Source: Patescibacteria group bacterium (GTDB taxonomy: Bacteria > Patescibacteriota > UBA1384 > 2-12-FULL-50-11). From it: a stretch of 64,000 nt of DNA. The notes under the pieces are model-generated. The model was not told the DNA's origin. It saw only the letters and a list, made by a program, of their open reading frames with translations, and made no database searches. The stretch spans positions 295,877 through 359,876 of the forward strand of contig JBBUAP010000001.1 of assembly GCA_038058635.1 (NCBI GenBank), given 5' to 3'. Numbering within the stretch: position 1 is the stretch's first letter; each line of letters begins with the position of its first letter. This document shows positions 28,093-36,795 of this stretch, piece after piece. The position numbers and the translations under genes were made by a program.

Positions 28093-30681
28093 ATGTCGCT
28101 TTTGAGTCGTTTTTTTGGCGACGCTAATAAAAAGGAAGTCGGTCGTTTTCAAGCCGTCGTTGATGAGACTAACGCAGTTGAACCAGAGCTTGAAGCTAAG
28201 ACTGATCTTGAGCTTAAAGAACTTTCCATTGAACTGAAAGGCGAGCTGTCTAAGACATCGGCCACTATTTTTGCCGACACCGAAATAATCCCCGATCGCC
28301 AAGAGCGCAACAAGGAACGCAAAAAACTGATTAATAGTATTCTGCAACCTAAAGAAGCATATGCCTATGCCCTGGTGCGCGAAGCGGCCAAGCGAACGAT
28401 TGGATTACGGCATTACGATGTCCAAATCCTGGGAGCAGCCGTCTTAAACCAAGGCCAAATCAGCGAAATGAAAACCGGCGAAGGTAAAACGCTGGTGGCC
28501 AGCTTGCCGCTCTACTTAAACGCCCTGACCGGCCTCGGCGCCCATTTGGTGACTGTCAACGACTACTTGGCCCGACGCGACGCCGGTTGGATGGCCCCGG
28601 TTTACACCTTCCTCGGCTTGTCTGTCGGTGTGATTGGACCACAATTCTCTTATTTGTTTGATCCCGAAGCCGACAGCGGTGAGACGGATGAGCGGCTGAA
28701 GCATTTTAGGACTGTCTCGCGCCAAGAAGCCTATCGAGCTGATATCACTTACGGGACGAATAATGAATTCGGTTTTGATTACCTGCGTGACAATATGGTC
28801 CAAACCGCCGCCCAGATGTCTCAAAGAGAACTAGCATATGCTATTGTTGATGAAGTCGACTCAATCTTGATTGATGAAGCTCGAACCCCGTTGATTATCT
28901 CCGCTCCCAGCTCAGAATCGGCCGAACTCTACCAAACTTACGCCAAGATTATCCCCAAACTGAAGAAGGAAACTGACTTTACGGTTGATGAGAAAGCACA
29001 TGCCGCCTCTCTTACCTCTGACGGTATTGCTCGCCTGGAAACGCTGATCGGCGTCGAGAATCTTTACGCGCCTGAGCATGTGGAATTAGTTCATCATGTC
29101 GACTCCGCCTTAAAAGCATATACCCTCTACCTAAAGAATAAAGAATATGTTGTCAAAGACGGCGAAATTGTTATTGTAGACGAATTTACCGGCCGTATGT
29201 TACAAGGTCGCCGATACTCGTCTGGCCTCCATCAAGCGATCGAAGCTAAGGAGGGGGTCGCCGTTAAAGAGGAGTCAGTCACGCTAGCGACAGTGACTTT
29301 CCAGAATTATTTTCGGCTTTACGCCAAGCTCGCTGGAATGACCGGTACGGCCGTGACCGAAGCGGAAGAATTTTCTAAAATCTATAATTTGGAGGTGGTG
29401 GTCATTCCGACTCATCGACCGCTGACCAGAATTGACCGCCAGGATGTCATTTTCAAAACCGAGACCGCTAAATTTAATGCCGTTACTGCCCTCATCAAAG
29501 AACGCAATCTTGATGGTCAACCGGTGCTGGTGGGTACGGTCTCAATCGCTAAGTCGGAAAGATTATCGAAATTTCTCAAGGCCGCTGGCGTTCCCCACAC
29601 GATCTTGAACGCCAAGCATCACCAAAAAGAGGGTGAAATTGTCGCCCAGGCCGGTCGGCTCGGTGGCGTCACGGTCGCGACCAATATGGCCGGTCGCGGT
29701 GTTGACATAATCTTAGGCGGCCAGCCACCACAAAAAAACGCTCCATCAGCCCAGTTCAAGCAATGGGAAGAGGATCACCAAAAAGTTTTGGAGTTGGGCG
29801 GTTTGTTTGTGGTTGGGACCGAGCGGCATGAGTCGCGTCGAATCGATAACCAGCTCCGCGGTCGGGCCGGTCGCCAAGGCGACACCGGTGTTAGTCAATT
29901 TTTTGTCTCGATGGATGATGATCTGATGCGGATTTTTGGCGGCGAGAAAATGAAGGGCTTGATGGAACGATTGAAGATTCCTGACGATGTCAGTATTAAT
30001 AATGTTCTCCTGTCTAAGGCGATCGAGCAGTCGCAAACTAAAGTTGAAACGCACAACTTTGATATTCGCAAACAGTTAGTGGAGTACGACGATGTCATGA
30101 ATAAGCATCGCGAGGCGATTTATCGTCGTCGAGAAGGGATTCTTAAAACCACCGCCGACCATGCGACCGATCTTCATCAAGAAATGATCGCCTTAATGAG
30201 CGACGAGCAAAGAGCTATTTATGAGCCAAAATACGCGCCGTGGCCAGAGGAGCTGAAGCTGGATGTAGAGCGAGCGGTCGGCTTACGCATTATTGATTTG
30301 CTCTGGATTGAGCACCTGAAAACGATGGAGTCGCTCCGCGAGAGTATCGGTTTGCGTGGTTACGGCCAGCGCGAGCCGATTGTCGAGTACAAACGCGAGG
30401 CCTACGACTACTTCCAACAGCTTCAAGCCAATATCGACGCCCAAATTGTTGATCTGCTTTTACGAGCCCAGATTGAAGCTAACGAGCCGGTCAAGCAGGT
30501 AGCGACACCGCAACAAGTGATGACTAACGACCCGTCTGACCAGTCGGCCGCGCCGATCAATCAGAGTAAAAAGGTCGGTCGGAACGACCCTTGTCCATGC
30601 GGAGCAATTAATCCTGCTACCAGCAAACCCTACAAGTACAAGCAGTGCGGACTCATTTCGGCTCCGCACCATCGAGGCTAA
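28093..30681 (+). CDS. secA: preprotein translocase ATPase SecA
   Basis: DEAD-like motor motifs (MKTGEGKT, VDEVDSILIDEARTPLIIS), a preprotein cross-linking domain and a C-terminal CPCG...C zinc-binding tail. Confidence 0.95.
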   Translation: MSLLSRFFGDANKKEVGRFQAVVDETNAVEPELEAKTDLELKELSIELKGELSKTSATIFADTEIIPDRQERNKERKKLINSILQPKEAYAYALVREAAKRTIGLRHYDVQILGAAVLNQGQISEMKTGEGKTLVASLPLYLNALTGLGAHLVTVNDYLARRDAGWMAPVYTFLGLSVGVIGPQFSYLFDPEADSGETDERLKHFRTVSRQEAYRADITYGTNNEFGFDYLRDNMVQTAAQMSQRELAYAIVDEVDSILIDEARTPLIISAPSSESAELYQTYAKIIPKLKKETDFTVDEKAHAASLTSDGIARLETLIGVENLYAPEHVELVHHVDSALKAYTLYLKNKEYVVKDGEIVIVDEFTGRMLQGRRYSSGLHQAIEAKEGVAVKEESVTLATVTFQNYFRLYAKLAGMTGTAVTEAEEFSKIYNLEVVVIPTHRPLTRIDRQDVIFKTETAKFNAVTALIKERNLDGQPVLVGTVSIAKSERLSKFLKAAGVPHTILNAKHHQKEGEIVAQAGRLGGVTVATNMAGRGVDIILGGQPPQKNAPSAQFKQWEEDHQKVLELGGLFVVGTERHESRRIDNQLRGRAGRQGDTGVSQFFVSMDDDLMRIFGGEKMKGLMERLKIPDDVSINNVLLSKAIEQSQTKVETHNFDIRKQLVEYDDVMNKHREAIYRRREGILKTTADHATDLHQEMIALMSDEQRAIYEPKYAPWPEELKLDVERAVGLRIIDLLWIEHLKTMESLRESIGLRGYGQREPIVEYKREAYDYFQQLQANIDAQIVDLLLRAQIEANEPVKQVATPQQVMTNDPSDQSAAPINQSKKVGRNDPCPCGAINPATSKPYKYKQCGLISAPHHRG

Positions 30682-31484
30682 TGCCCTCAATTGATTTCGA
30701 CGATTTACTAATCCAGGCCGATCGGTTGCGTGATAGCGCCGAGATTGACGAAGCTATTAATGCCTACAAGGAAATTGCCCAATTAGCCACTGATGCTCAC
30801 GAAACCTATTTCAAGGCTCGGGCCTGGCACATGGCTGGTGTCTCGGCCAAAGCGGCCGTTATTAATATCGATAGTTCGTATTATCGCGATGCCCTCAATT
30901 TCTTCGCTTCAGCCGAGGCGCTCTATATTACTCTCGGCGATCAAACCCTGCTTGGGGCGCTCTATCGCGATATAGCCAGCTGCGGCGATTACGCTGGTGA
31001 CTCCCAAACGGCCGTCAACTATTTTCAGAAAGCGATTGAAATCCTTGAACCAACCGACTCTTTCGGCGAATTGGCCATCACTTACGATAAATTGGGATTA
31101 CATTTTTCCAAACTCGGCCAACCCCAAGAAGGCCTGGCCTTTATCGATAAAGCTCTCCAGCTACTCAAAAAAGAACCGACGGCCGGTTTCTATCGAGCGA
31201 CAACTTTGTTTGACGGCGCCAAAATTCAAATTCGGTTAGGCAACTTCGACCGTGCCTTTGAGCTAGCCGAGGAGTCGTTGGGTTGGTTTGAAGCTGATCA
31301 TCCCAACCGCGATTACGCCCGACGCCGAGCCCAACTATTCGGTGTGCTGGCGGCCATTAAGAACGAGCTCGGCGAGCAAAAAGCGGCCGAACAGTACTAC
31401 CAACAGTATCAAGAATTACTCAAGAATTTTGACCCGCTGGCAATTAAGGTCATTGAAAAAGAGCTGCAGTTTCTCGCTACCTAG
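30681..31484 (+). CDS. TPR-like repeat protein
   Basis: The start overlaps the secA stop (TAATG). The protein is repetitive and helical with TPR-like Ala/Tyr patterning. Confidence 0.5.
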   Translation: MPSIDFDDLLIQADRLRDSAEIDEAINAYKEIAQLATDAHETYFKARAWHMAGVSAKAAVINIDSSYYRDALNFFASAEALYITLGDQTLLGALYRDIASCGDYAGDSQTAVNYFQKAIEILEPTDSFGELAITYDKLGLHFSKLGQPQEGLAFIDKALQLLKKEPTAGFYRATTLFDGAKIQIRLGNFDRAFELAEESLGWFEADHPNRDYARRRAQLFGVLAAIKNELGEQKAAEQYYQQYQELLKNFDPLAIKVIEKELQFLAT

Positions 31485-31524
31485 ATTTGCAACCAACGGG
31501 GGAGTTCTGTAATGATTACATCTG

Positions 31525-32901
31525 ATGACCAGTCTTGATCCCCAAGTCGAACTAGCTAAAACCGAGCCGATAGCAGATCCTACTAACCTCGATTCTTCAA
31601 GCACTCCTCGACCTCGACGAAAGAAGCGGGGTCTCGGTCGTTTTTTGCGTATTCTGGGCCCGGGAATTGTCACCGGTGCGGCTGACGACGATCCATCAGG
31701 CATCGCGACATACTCCCAAGCTGGAGCCCAATTTGGTTTCCAGCTGCCGTGGACAATGCTCTTTACCTATCCGCTGATGACAGCGGTGCAGGAGGCTTGC
31801 GCCCGCGTCGGTGCTGTGACCGGTAAGGGTCTGGCAGCCGTTGTTCGCGATCACTACTCAAAGAAAATTCTCTTCCCAGTTGTCGCTCTGGTTGTCGTTG
31901 CCAATACACTTAATATTGGTTCGGACATTGGTGCTATGGCCGCTAGTACCCGCTTGCTTCTACCCGGTGTTCCGTTTGTTGCTCTAGCTATTGGGTTTGC
32001 GGTTATTATCCTGCTACTCGAGATATTCATCTCCTATAAGGTCTATATCCGAATTCTCAAGTGGTTGGCGATAGTACTATTTGCCTATTTTATTACGGCT
32101 TTTATGATTCAGGTCCCATGGGCTGAAGTGCTGAAGGCGACACTTGTACCGCATATTGTTTGGAGCAAAGAATTTCTCTTTATTATTGTCGGTATTTTTG
32201 GCACCACAATATCACCGTATCTTTTCTTCTGGCAAACCAGTAACGAAGTGGAAGAAGAGATTGCCGAGAATCTGCTGACCGAAGAGGGCGCCAAGCCCAA
32301 AGTTACCAAGGGTTTCATAAAACGGATGCGAATCGATACGGCCGTGGGGATGTTGTTCTCGAATGTCGCCGCCTGGTTTATTATTGTTGTTGGCGCCGTC
32401 GTCCTCAATCACGGCGGTATTACCAACATTACATCGGCCGCTGACGCTGCTCGAGCTCTGGAGCCACTTGTAAACACTTTTCCAAACGCAGGTTTCTTGG
32501 CCAAATTGATCTTTAGTATCGGGGTAATCGGCATCGGTCTTCAAAGTATCCCAGTTCTGGCTGGCTCATCGTCCTACGCTGTGACGGAGGCGTTCGGTTG
32601 GAAAGAAGGGCTTTACCGCAAGTTCAAAGATGCCCGAAATTTCTACCTGGTTATTATTGCTGGCACCCTGATCGGACTGTCATTCAACTTTATCGGCCTT
32701 GACCCAATCAAGGCACTGATTGCTACTGCTGTCTTTAACGGGATCGCCGCCGTGCCTCTAATCTACCTAATTGCTCGTGTTTCTAGCCGCGAAGATGTCA
32801 TGGGTGAGCACAAAAGCGGGGTCTGGTCGAAACTCGGTCTATGGATTGCTTTCACGGTCATGGGTGTCTTCGCCGTGGCGCTACTACTCTCGTTCATTTA
32901 G
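31525..32901 (+). CDS. mntH: NRAMP-family divalent metal (Mn2+/Fe2+) transporter
   Basis: Signature GPGIVTGAADDDPSGIATYSQAGAQFG and 11-12 TM helices. Confidence 0.85.
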   Translation: MTSLDPQVELAKTEPIADPTNLDSSSTPRPRRKKRGLGRFLRILGPGIVTGAADDDPSGIATYSQAGAQFGFQLPWTMLFTYPLMTAVQEACARVGAVTGKGLAAVVRDHYSKKILFPVVALVVVANTLNIGSDIGAMAASTRLLLPGVPFVALAIGFAVIILLLEIFISYKVYIRILKWLAIVLFAYFITAFMIQVPWAEVLKATLVPHIVWSKEFLFIIVGIFGTTISPYLFFWQTSNEVEEEIAENLLTEEGAKPKVTKGFIKRMRIDTAVGMLFSNVAAWFIIVVGAVVLNHGGITNITSAADAARALEPLVNTFPNAGFLAKLIFSIGVIGIGLQSIPVLAGSSSYAVTEAFGWKEGLYRKFKDARNFYLVIIAGTLIGLSFNFIGLDPIKALIATAVFNGIAAVPLIYLIARVSSREDVMGEHKSGVWSKLGLWIAFTVMGVFAVALLLSFI

Positions 32902-32948
32902 CGTCGTTACCCTTTTTAGTTTAAGCCGTCACTGGTATTCTGTAACTA

Positions 32949-33698
32949 ATGCAGGAGATTCTGACTGTCGGTTCACCAAAACTGGCTCGACCCGTGACTG
33001 ACACCAAGGTCAAGGTGCCATTAATTGAGATGAAAGCAGCCACCAAGAAATACGGCGCTCGAGCCGCCGTCAGTGATGTCACGCTAGTAATCTACGAAGG
33101 GGAGTTTGTTTGTCTGGTTGGTCAGTCGGGAGTCGGTAAAACCACTTTGATTAAGTTTCTGACCAAGCAGGAGTCGCCTAGCTCTGGCTCGGTCTTTGTG
33201 GCTGGTCGAAATTTGGCTGATTTGCGTGGTAGTGAACTGCCGTATTATCGCCGCAAGATTGGTGTAGTGTTCCAGGATTTTAAACTGCTTCCGCAAAAGA
33301 CAGTTTTTGAGAATGTCGCCTTTGCCCTGGAAGTTTGTGGCGTCGCTCGGGCTGATATATTAAGACGCGTCGAGAAGGTTTTGGATTTAGTCAATTTAGG
33401 CCGACGCAAGAATAACTATCCGAGCGAACTCTCTGGAGGTGAGCGTCAGCGAGCCGCGATTGCCCGGGCCTTAGTTCACGGCCCTAAACTCCTAATTGCT
33501 GATGAGCCAACCGGCAATCTTGATCCAGTTAATACCTTTGAAATTATCGATTTACTTTACCGAATCAATCAAAAAGGAACAACGGTGATTTTAGCGACTC
33601 ACAACCGCCAAGCCGTCGATCGGATTCAAAAAAGAGTTCTCCTAATGAAATCCGGTAAATTAGTCAGTGACCAAAAAATGGGGAAGTACGTGATATGA
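32949..33698 (+). CDS. ftsE: cell-division ABC ATPase FtsE
   Basis: Walker A GQSGVGKTT, LSGGERQR and Walker B LLIADEPTGNLD. Paired with ftsX. The true start may be an internal codon near 33013-33027. Confidence 0.8.
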   Translation: MQEILTVGSPKLARPVTDTKVKVPLIEMKAATKKYGARAAVSDVTLVIYEGEFVCLVGQSGVGKTTLIKFLTKQESPSSGSVFVAGRNLADLRGSELPYYRRKIGVVFQDFKLLPQKTVFENVAFALEVCGVARADILRRVEKVLDLVNLGRRKNNYPSELSGGERQRAAIARALVHGPKLLIADEPTGNLDPVNTFEIIDLLYRINQKGTTVILATHNRQAVDRIQKRVLLMKSGKLVSDQKMGKYVI

Positions 33699-33808
33699 CA
33701 AAAAGCTTTCAATTTTTTAGCAGCTGGCAACTAGCTACTAGCAACTGGCCAAATGAATTAGTTCCAAGCCAAAAGCCAGGCGCTAGAAGCGAGAAGCTGC
33801 CGTAGGTC

Positions 33809-34723
33809 ATGGAAACCTTTCAGCGCATTGTTAAATTGGGACTGACCAACTTCTGGCGCAATCGCTGGCTGACGCTCGGAGCGACGCTGCTAATGACCTT
33901 AACGCTGATAATGATCTCGGTTTCATTGGTGCTAAGTTTGATTGTTCGGGATCTAGCCACCACCATCCGCTCCAAGATTGATCTAACGATATATTTCCGT
34001 GACGATGCGGTTGCCGATGAGGACATCACGGCACTCGGGGATCGGATTAAGCTTCAAAACGGCGTCGCTGAAGTTACTTTTACCGACAAGCGCGCTGCTC
34101 TAACGATTTGGAATCGCCTCCCGATTAACGAAAATATCAAACGGCCAGTTGGAGAAAGTTACAATCCTTTGCCCCGCAGTTTACAGGTTCGTGCTACCAA
34201 TCCCGACAACATTCAAGGCTTAGTTAGCACCATTGCCACCCAAGATCGTCAAAAAATTATTTGTAACGAATGTGTGTCATATTCCAAAAATAAAGAAACG
34301 GTCGATCGCCTGCTCTCGATCACCCGTTTTGTCCAACGGGCCGGCCTGTTTCTGAGTTTGTTTTTCGGCCTAATCGCCGTCTTTAATGTTATGAACATCA
34401 TTCGCATCACCATTAATGCTCGCTCGGACGAAATTGAAATTATGCGCTATGTCGGTGCTTCGAACGCTTTTGTCCGTGGTCCGTTTATCGTTGAGGGGAT
34501 TCTCTACGGCGTCTTGGGAACATTTTTCACGACCGCCTTTCTGCTCATCATTGCTTATTTTGTCTCGTCCTCGATCAACACCGTCTTTGCCAGTTTCGGC
34601 GTCGACTTCTTCCAACTAATTGTCGTTAATCTCTGGACTCTAGTCGGCATCCAACTGGCTATCGGCGTCCTCCTCGGCGTCATCGTCAGCTCCATCTCCG
34701 TCCGCCGCTTCCTTAAGGCTTAG
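33809..34723 (+). CDS. ftsX: cell-division permease-like protein FtsX
   Basis: TM1, a large extracellular loop and three C-terminal TM helices in the FtsX arrangement. Lies next to ftsE. Confidence 0.8.
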   Translation: METFQRIVKLGLTNFWRNRWLTLGATLLMTLTLIMISVSLVLSLIVRDLATTIRSKIDLTIYFRDDAVADEDITALGDRIKLQNGVAEVTFTDKRAALTIWNRLPINENIKRPVGESYNPLPRSLQVRATNPDNIQGLVSTIATQDRQKIICNECVSYSKNKETVDRLLSITRFVQRAGLFLSLFFGLIAVFNVMNIIRITINARSDEIEIMRYVGASNAFVRGPFIVEGILYGVLGTFFTTAFLLIIAYFVSSSINTVFASFGVDFFQLIVVNLWTLVGIQLAIGVLLGVIVSSISVRRFLKA

Positions 34724-34793
34724 ATGGTTCTTTGGTGTAATAGTGCAAGTTCGACATTATTTGTATTGACTTCTCTGGTACACTAAATAGATC

Positions 34794-35969
34794 ATGACAT
34801 TTGGAGAGCGTGTTGCTAGGGGCGTAGTTATTTTTGTCGCTGTGATTGGGCTGATTGGTTTATTGTCTCCACCCCAGGCTAATGCCGAGAGCTTGAGTCA
34901 ATTACTCCAACGCCAAGCAGAACTGCGTCGCCAGGCCGAGGAAAGTAAAAAGAAACTGGCGCAGACGAAAGTTATAGTCAACGACCTAACTGGAGTTATC
35001 GGTGGTCTTGATAGTGACATCGCTGAAACTGAAGGAAATATCAGTAATACTGAAGCCCAAATTGCTGTTTCCGAGGAAGTAATTAATGAATTGGCAGTTG
35101 ATATAGACCAAACCCAAACTGAACTTGATGGGTTGCAACTTAAATTACGCTACGCCTATATTTCACTCTACGAGCTCTCACAAGCCAGCCCGCTCGATAC
35201 ATTGTTAGCCTCCGAATCCCTAACAGAAATAATTTCACAGTCCCAGTATATTCAGTCCTTGCAGACAGAACTCCAGGGCAATATCGATAAAACTAACACC
35301 GCTAAAACTGAACTTGAAGGCAAGAAAAGCGAGAATGAGGCCCAAAAAGCCAATCTTGTCGGCTTGAAGCAGGGCTTAACAAAGTCCAAGAATTTTCTCA
35401 ACAGTCGTCGCGGACAAAAAACTACCTTACTGGCTCAAACCCAGGGTCAACAAATCCAGTACGAAGCCCTGCTAAAAAAACTTGATGCCGAGCATGCCAC
35501 TCTGTCTCAAGAGATTTATAACGAACGCCGACGCCTTGGTCAGGGAGAAACTGTCACTGGTGGAACGGGCGGCTATCCCTGGGCTGGCGAAGGGAATTTC
35601 TACGCCGCTGATCCCTGGTTATTCTACAAACGGCAGTGCGTTTCTTATACGGCCTGGAAGTTTCTCAATGTTTACGGACAGGTTTTCTATAACACCCGTC
35701 CCGGGCAGGGATCGGCTTGGAACTGGCCAGCACTGGCTCGCGATCAGGGCTATCAAACCAGTTCAACCCCGCGGGCTGTCTCGGTTGTTTCCTGGCCAGC
35801 CAACAATGCTCTGCGGATGCCGGTCGGCCACACCGCCTGGGTGGAATCAGTCAACCCTAACGGCACGATTAATATCAGCGAATACAACTGGGTAACAGAA
35901 CGCGGTTACAGCGAACGCCAGAATGTTGACCCATTCCGCTACGGCAACCCCACTTACATCTTCCCGTAG
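34794..35969 (+). CDS. secreted coiled-coil + CHAP-domain peptidoglycan hydrolase (PcsB/EnvC-like)
   Basis: Signal peptide or anchor, about 230 aa of heptad-rich coiled coil, then a C-terminal CHAP domain with the Cys context RQCVSYTAWK and the His context GHTAWVESV. Confidence 0.7.
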   Translation: MTFGERVARGVVIFVAVIGLIGLLSPPQANAESLSQLLQRQAELRRQAEESKKKLAQTKVIVNDLTGVIGGLDSDIAETEGNISNTEAQIAVSEEVINELAVDIDQTQTELDGLQLKLRYAYISLYELSQASPLDTLLASESLTEIISQSQYIQSLQTELQGNIDKTNTAKTELEGKKSENEAQKANLVGLKQGLTKSKNFLNSRRGQKTTLLAQTQGQQIQYEALLKKLDAEHATLSQEIYNERRRLGQGETVTGGTGGYPWAGEGNFYAADPWLFYKRQCVSYTAWKFLNVYGQVFYNTRPGQGSAWNWPALARDQGYQTSSTPRAVSVVSWPANNALRMPVGHTAWVESVNPNGTINISEYNWVTERGYSERQNVDPFRYGNPTYIFP

Positions 35970-35995
35970 AGACATCCTTGCGTTACTCTTAGAAT

Positions 35996-36202
35996 ATGTC
36001 GTTATCCAATGTCATTATCTTGGCGGTTTACGCTGGTTTCTTACTCCTCATCCTTATCATCAATCTCCTCTACTTCTTCCAGGTCTTTAAATATCGTCTC
36101 CCCGGCGACGCTTCAATTCCAGTTTTGCTGATTCACCTGATGTTGATTTTGGCCATACTAATTGTCAGCTCCCTTTATTTGGGAATTAGCTCGCTCTTAT
36201 GA
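35996..36202 (+). CDS. small 2-TM membrane protein
   Basis: 68 aa, highly hydrophobic. Its end overlaps the start of the next gene. Confidence 0.4.
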   Translation: MSLSNVIILAVYAGFLLLILIINLLYFFQVFKYRLPGDASIPVLLIHLMLILAILIVSSLYLGISSLL

Positions 36203-36795
36203 GTCATTTAATCAACGAAGAAGTTAACGCCAACGACCAGGCCTTTCTATACCTAAATTTGCATCCTGATGAACAGATTCTCTTTGTTGTCCGCCACCAC
36301 TGGGCCGGATTCTTGGCGACGCTCGGCCTGTTTATAGCGATGTTTATTTTCCCGGTTTTAATTATTTTCGTCGGTAAACTGCTCGCGGCCAACCAATTCT
36401 CGCAATACCACAGCTTTCTCGTCATGGGTTTGTCGGGCTACTATCTGTTTCTCCTAACATTCCTTTTCGGCAGTTGGTTAGACTTCTACTACGACGTCAT
36501 TTTTATTACCGGCGAGAGAATTTTAAATGTTAACCAAAAAGGTCTATTAGCCCGGGAAGTGTCAGAATTAAATATGCACCAAGTCCAAGATGTTTCGGCA
36601 AATATGGACGGTATTTTGCGCTCTTACTTCAACTTTGGGACGCTGACGGTCGAGACGGCCGGAGAGGGCACTTCTGACGACAAGGCCAGGCACGGGTTGC
36701 AGGGCTATTTCAGCGTCAGTGATATCCCTGACCCCAACCGAATTGCCCGGGTCATTTTGGAATTACACCGCAAGATAGTTAATGAGGAAGAGTAG
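36199..36795 (+). CDS. membrane protein with a bacterial PH-like (YdbS/YdbT-type) domain
   Basis: Two TM helices plus a domain with FLYLNLHPDEQILFVVRHHW, resembling bPH_2. Confidence 0.45.
   Translation: MSHLINEEVNANDQAFLYLNLHPDEQILFVVRHHWAGFLATLGLFIAMFIFPVLIIFVGKLLAANQFSQYHSFLVMGLSGYYLFLLTFLFGSWLDFYYDVIFITGERILNVNQKGLLAREVSELNMHQVQDVSANMDGILRSYFNFGTLTVETAGEGTSDDKARHGLQGYFSVSDIPDPNRIARVILELHRKIVNEEE

Noticed and set aside
28516-30098. Several 60-100-aa antisense ORFs inside secA (and similar ones inside the kinase, PBP2 and other long genes)
   Set aside because: They lie inside long, high-confidence genes on the opposite strand and have no support.
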